The position numbers and the translations under genes are program-made. 52,484 nt of DNA, from NCBI GenBank assembly GCA_000934665.2, contig JYFJ02002694.1, positions 1 to 52,484 on the forward strand. Reading direction: 5' to 3'. Each line of letters begins with the position of its first letter. The first letter of the stretch is position 1. The notes under the pieces are model-generated. The model worked only from the letters and a program-made list of their open reading frames with translations. It was not told the DNA's origin and ran no database searches. This document shows, one piece after another, positions 49,474-52,484 of the stretch. The DNA comes from Catajapyx aquilonaris (taxonomy: Eukaryota).

Positions 49474-50203
49474 GAAAGGGATAACTTAATGAGCCTTCCC
49501 AAATTGTTGGTCGGTATTCTGACGTACCTATCCAACCCTCATTTGGGCTTAATACAGTTAAAAGTAACCAAGGCACGGGATAAGAATATTATATGTAGTA
49601 TAGTGACCGTGTTTGTGACATTCCCTGCATGAATATTATAATCCTGCAGTTTTATAATGAGGAATGGGGATGGGGGACACAGAGACAAATCGCCAACGCA
49701 CTCAGCTCATACAGTATTATTCAATCCACAGTGTTTGATCTTCAGTCGCTTCATTCACGCCAAGCAGTCACGAACAGGAAACATTTTTTTTCACATGTAG
49801 ATTAATTAATTATTGCGATTACTTATATTGTGCGTCATCAGATTCCTCGCATTGGCAAGTATCTGGACTGCATATTGTACCTTTTAAATAATATCTTGCT
49901 TGTTCGTGTAGCGTGAAGTACCAACTCCATTGCTAGTTGTCACGTTTCCCGCCGTCATCTTTTAAGATCGCCAATTGTCATACAATATCTAATTACAATA
50001 ACTCGGAATATTTAAGATTGAACGTTGTCATTTCGAGACCGAGTGCATTGGAGATAAATCAGTGAATGTGATAGAAATGTGTTAAGTATTCTGGGAAGGC
50101 GGGAAATGTTTCCAGATTGACTTTCTCTAAGTGAAACTATTTCACTTCAACTCATATAATTTGGTTGTGGATGGGTAATCAGTAGTTAACCTGGACTGAG
50201 TGG

Positions 50204-52132
50204 TTAAGTACCGCAGTCAGCGACAGCAACCCTTTCATCGTCGTCGTCGTCATCAGACCGAGGCCCTCCAGTAGGGCAGCAGCAACCTTCTGACCCATCA
50301 TCATGCATGCAGAACAGCGTTTTTTCCAACCACGTCACATCGTGTGGTACTACTCCGTGGTAGTCACGCAGTTCGGAGGCCGGAAACCACGCAGGCTCTT
50401 CGTCCTGGATGATCACTATCCCCAAGGCCCTGTCAGACACACAGGAACATGAGTCAAACTGCACTGCAACAACCAGCTTATAATAGCCATACCTGGTGAT
50501 GGCCACTACTGGTATCCAAAGGGCTGAGATGAGGATAAGGATCGCGATGAGTACCAGCGCCCATGTGGGCCACTCTCGAGGCTCGGTGGCGCCCGCACTG
50601 GGCACCCAAGCCGGATATCCGGAGCCCTCACTGATCATCTTGGCGAAACTGGACACCAGGATGACCACCATGGCACACGGCGACAGGTACTTCCAGCAAA
50701 ACAGCCAGTATAACCCTGGCCTCCTTCCCGTCATCAGCTCAATGTCATCTGCAAACCTGTGTAAATGGTCAGTAATGGCTTTGACCCATGGTGTCATTTA
50801 ACACTTCAGTGTACCTTCCAAGACCGTAGACGTAAGAGACACCTAAGCACTCGGACAGAGCTACGATGAGCAACGGGACATTGCCACTGAAGTCATCGAA
50901 AAGGGTGAATATGTAGTTTCCGGCTCCGTGCGCGAAGCCCATGGACAGCACGCAGCATATGAGGCAGATGACCCCTGAGGACAGCCAAACATTTACACTG
51001 GTTCAACACTGGACTCTTATTCCAACTGACCTGTTAAAATCTCCTTCCTCAAGTTAGGGAAGAGCTTCATGTCCACGAGGGAAGTGACTACTCCTTCGAG
51101 TGTTCCGAACTGCGAATCGATCCCCAGAGTGAATAGCATGAGGAAGAAGAGAATGGACCAGAAGGGGGCTCCAGGAAACTGGTTGATGGCCTCCGTAAAG
51201 ATTATGAAGGCCAGTCCTGTTCCCGACGCGCTCTGAAATATGACAGATATCCTTTTAACGACTTTGTGAGTTTAGCACATTTCGATCCTGTTTCTTTCGA
51301 GGGCAAGCTAGTGCCATATAGTTTATTTAAATGAACTTGTCTCGTACATTGTCCAACTCCTTTTGGAGATCGCATTCCGGGAGGATGGCGGTTAAATTGA
51401 CCAAGCTGCCTTCAGGAACGTTGGTGGTGTTGAAGATGCTGATGATCATCTTTTCTCGATCTAATAAGCATTGGTCATGGATGACATGAGCCTTGAATCC
51501 TGAAAAAGAGTGGTTATGGCAGCTGACAGACTTGTGTAACTATAGTAGTGTGTTGCACATACCAATGACGGCGAAGACGACGATGCCAGCAAACATGGAG
51601 GTGAAGCAATTGGTGAGGGAGACCATGATGGCATCTCTGCAGCAGTCGTTGTGCACAGGATTGTAGGAAGAGAAGGCTATCAGGCCTCCAAAGGCCAGGC
51701 CAAGAGAGAAGAAAATTTGTGTTCCTGCTTCTAGCCACACCACAGGATCCGTCAACATGCTCCACTGAAATGAAAATTCACACAAACACGCAAGTGTTAA
51801 GTTTGCAAGAAAAACCATTGTAGTTTACTGAAGAATAGCAATATCTTGAGGGCCTATACCTTCGGAGTGAATAAATGAAGTAGGCCATCCTCCATGCCCT
51901 TTAAAGTGATTCCTCTGAAGAAGAAGATGACCAGCACCAAGTAAGGAAAAGTGGCGGTCACGTAGACCACTTTTCCTGAGGACACGATGCCCTTGATCAT
52001 GCAGAGATACACTAGAAGCCAGGCCACAGACAAGGCCGCAGCAATTCGCCAGTTGAAGCTTTCAGGAGAGCTTATGTCTGCCGAAATGTCTAACGTCTCT
52101 CGATACCAAAAGTACTGCGTGGGACTGCTCCT
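50204..52132 (-). CDS. SLC6 (neurotransmitter:sodium symporter family) Na+-dependent neutral amino-acid/orphan transporter, B0AT/SLC6A15-19-like; 3' portion only, 5' exons lie beyond the window
   Basis: Exons 52132-51860, 51764-51563, 51499-51348, 51232-51031, 50974-50815, 50756-50493, 50429-50204 (1479 nt, phases consistent). Motifs: [104 protein letters not shown]. Confidence 0.92.
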
Positions 52133-52484
52133 CTTAATAAAGATTGGAAAATGAATGTTACACTCCATCATAAACCATAATTATGCAATATCATTTTGAC
52201 GATTTAGTGAATCAACAACTCAATACATAATGCTAGTGCAACAGGTTTGACTGTCATTATGTTCACAGTGAACAGACACAACTTTCAGGCTATGTATTGT
52301 TAGTTTGGTTTTAGGCTGGTTCCATTTCAATCCAGACGGTGGGTGCCCAGTCATGGTCTTCGATTTTTTTTAAAAAAATATATGTAAAACCCACATCCAA
52401 TTGAACCCTTATGGAGCAATCAGTTTTACGAGATTAAATTTAGTTATCGATATATTATTATTTCTTTCAAGGGGTACCAAAATA

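Noticed and set aside
51247..51260. ATATCCTTTTAAC, a U12 5' splice-site-like motif on the plus strand (a similar one lies near 47287)
   Set aside because: It is antisense to the SLC6 gene, whose intron here is a normal GT-AG, and no plus-strand exon supports it.

Overview
Eukaryotic genomic DNA, probably from an arthropod (inferred from the gene families and their motifs). It carries four spliced protein-coding genes, all on the minus strand, which I reconstructed exon by exon with consistent intron phases. (1) A plasma-membrane-type Na+/H+ exchanger (NHE3 / Drosophila Nhe2-like), 15 exons, ~965 aa, CDS 31222->3536, with two very large 5' introns. (2) A BTB-BACK-Kelch protein, 8 coding exons, ~573 aa, 35539->33358. 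(3) An NHE8/SLC9A8 orthologue, 10-11 coding exons, ~641-654 aa, 46193->37898. (4) The 3' part of an SLC6 Na+-dependent neutral amino-acid/orphan transporter, 52132->50204. The most notable structure is in NHE8: one intron is a minor-spliceosome AT-AC (U12) intron, about two-thirds filled by a 340-bp fold-back MITE with a TA target-site duplication. A nearby NHE8 intron holds a ~1.07-kb inverted array of ~150-bp alternating A/B repeats and a 170-bp TTA-flanked MITE. Other observations: a candidate 39-nt cassette exon in NHE8, duplicated 'LPWRR' exons and alternative C-terminal splicing options in the NHE3-like gene, a uORF and hairpin in its 5' leader, two tandem tRNA-like units, a double perfect palindrome, and a possible extended miR-279 site downstream of the SLC6 gene. 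No prokaryotic features, CRISPR arrays or intact transposases were seen.
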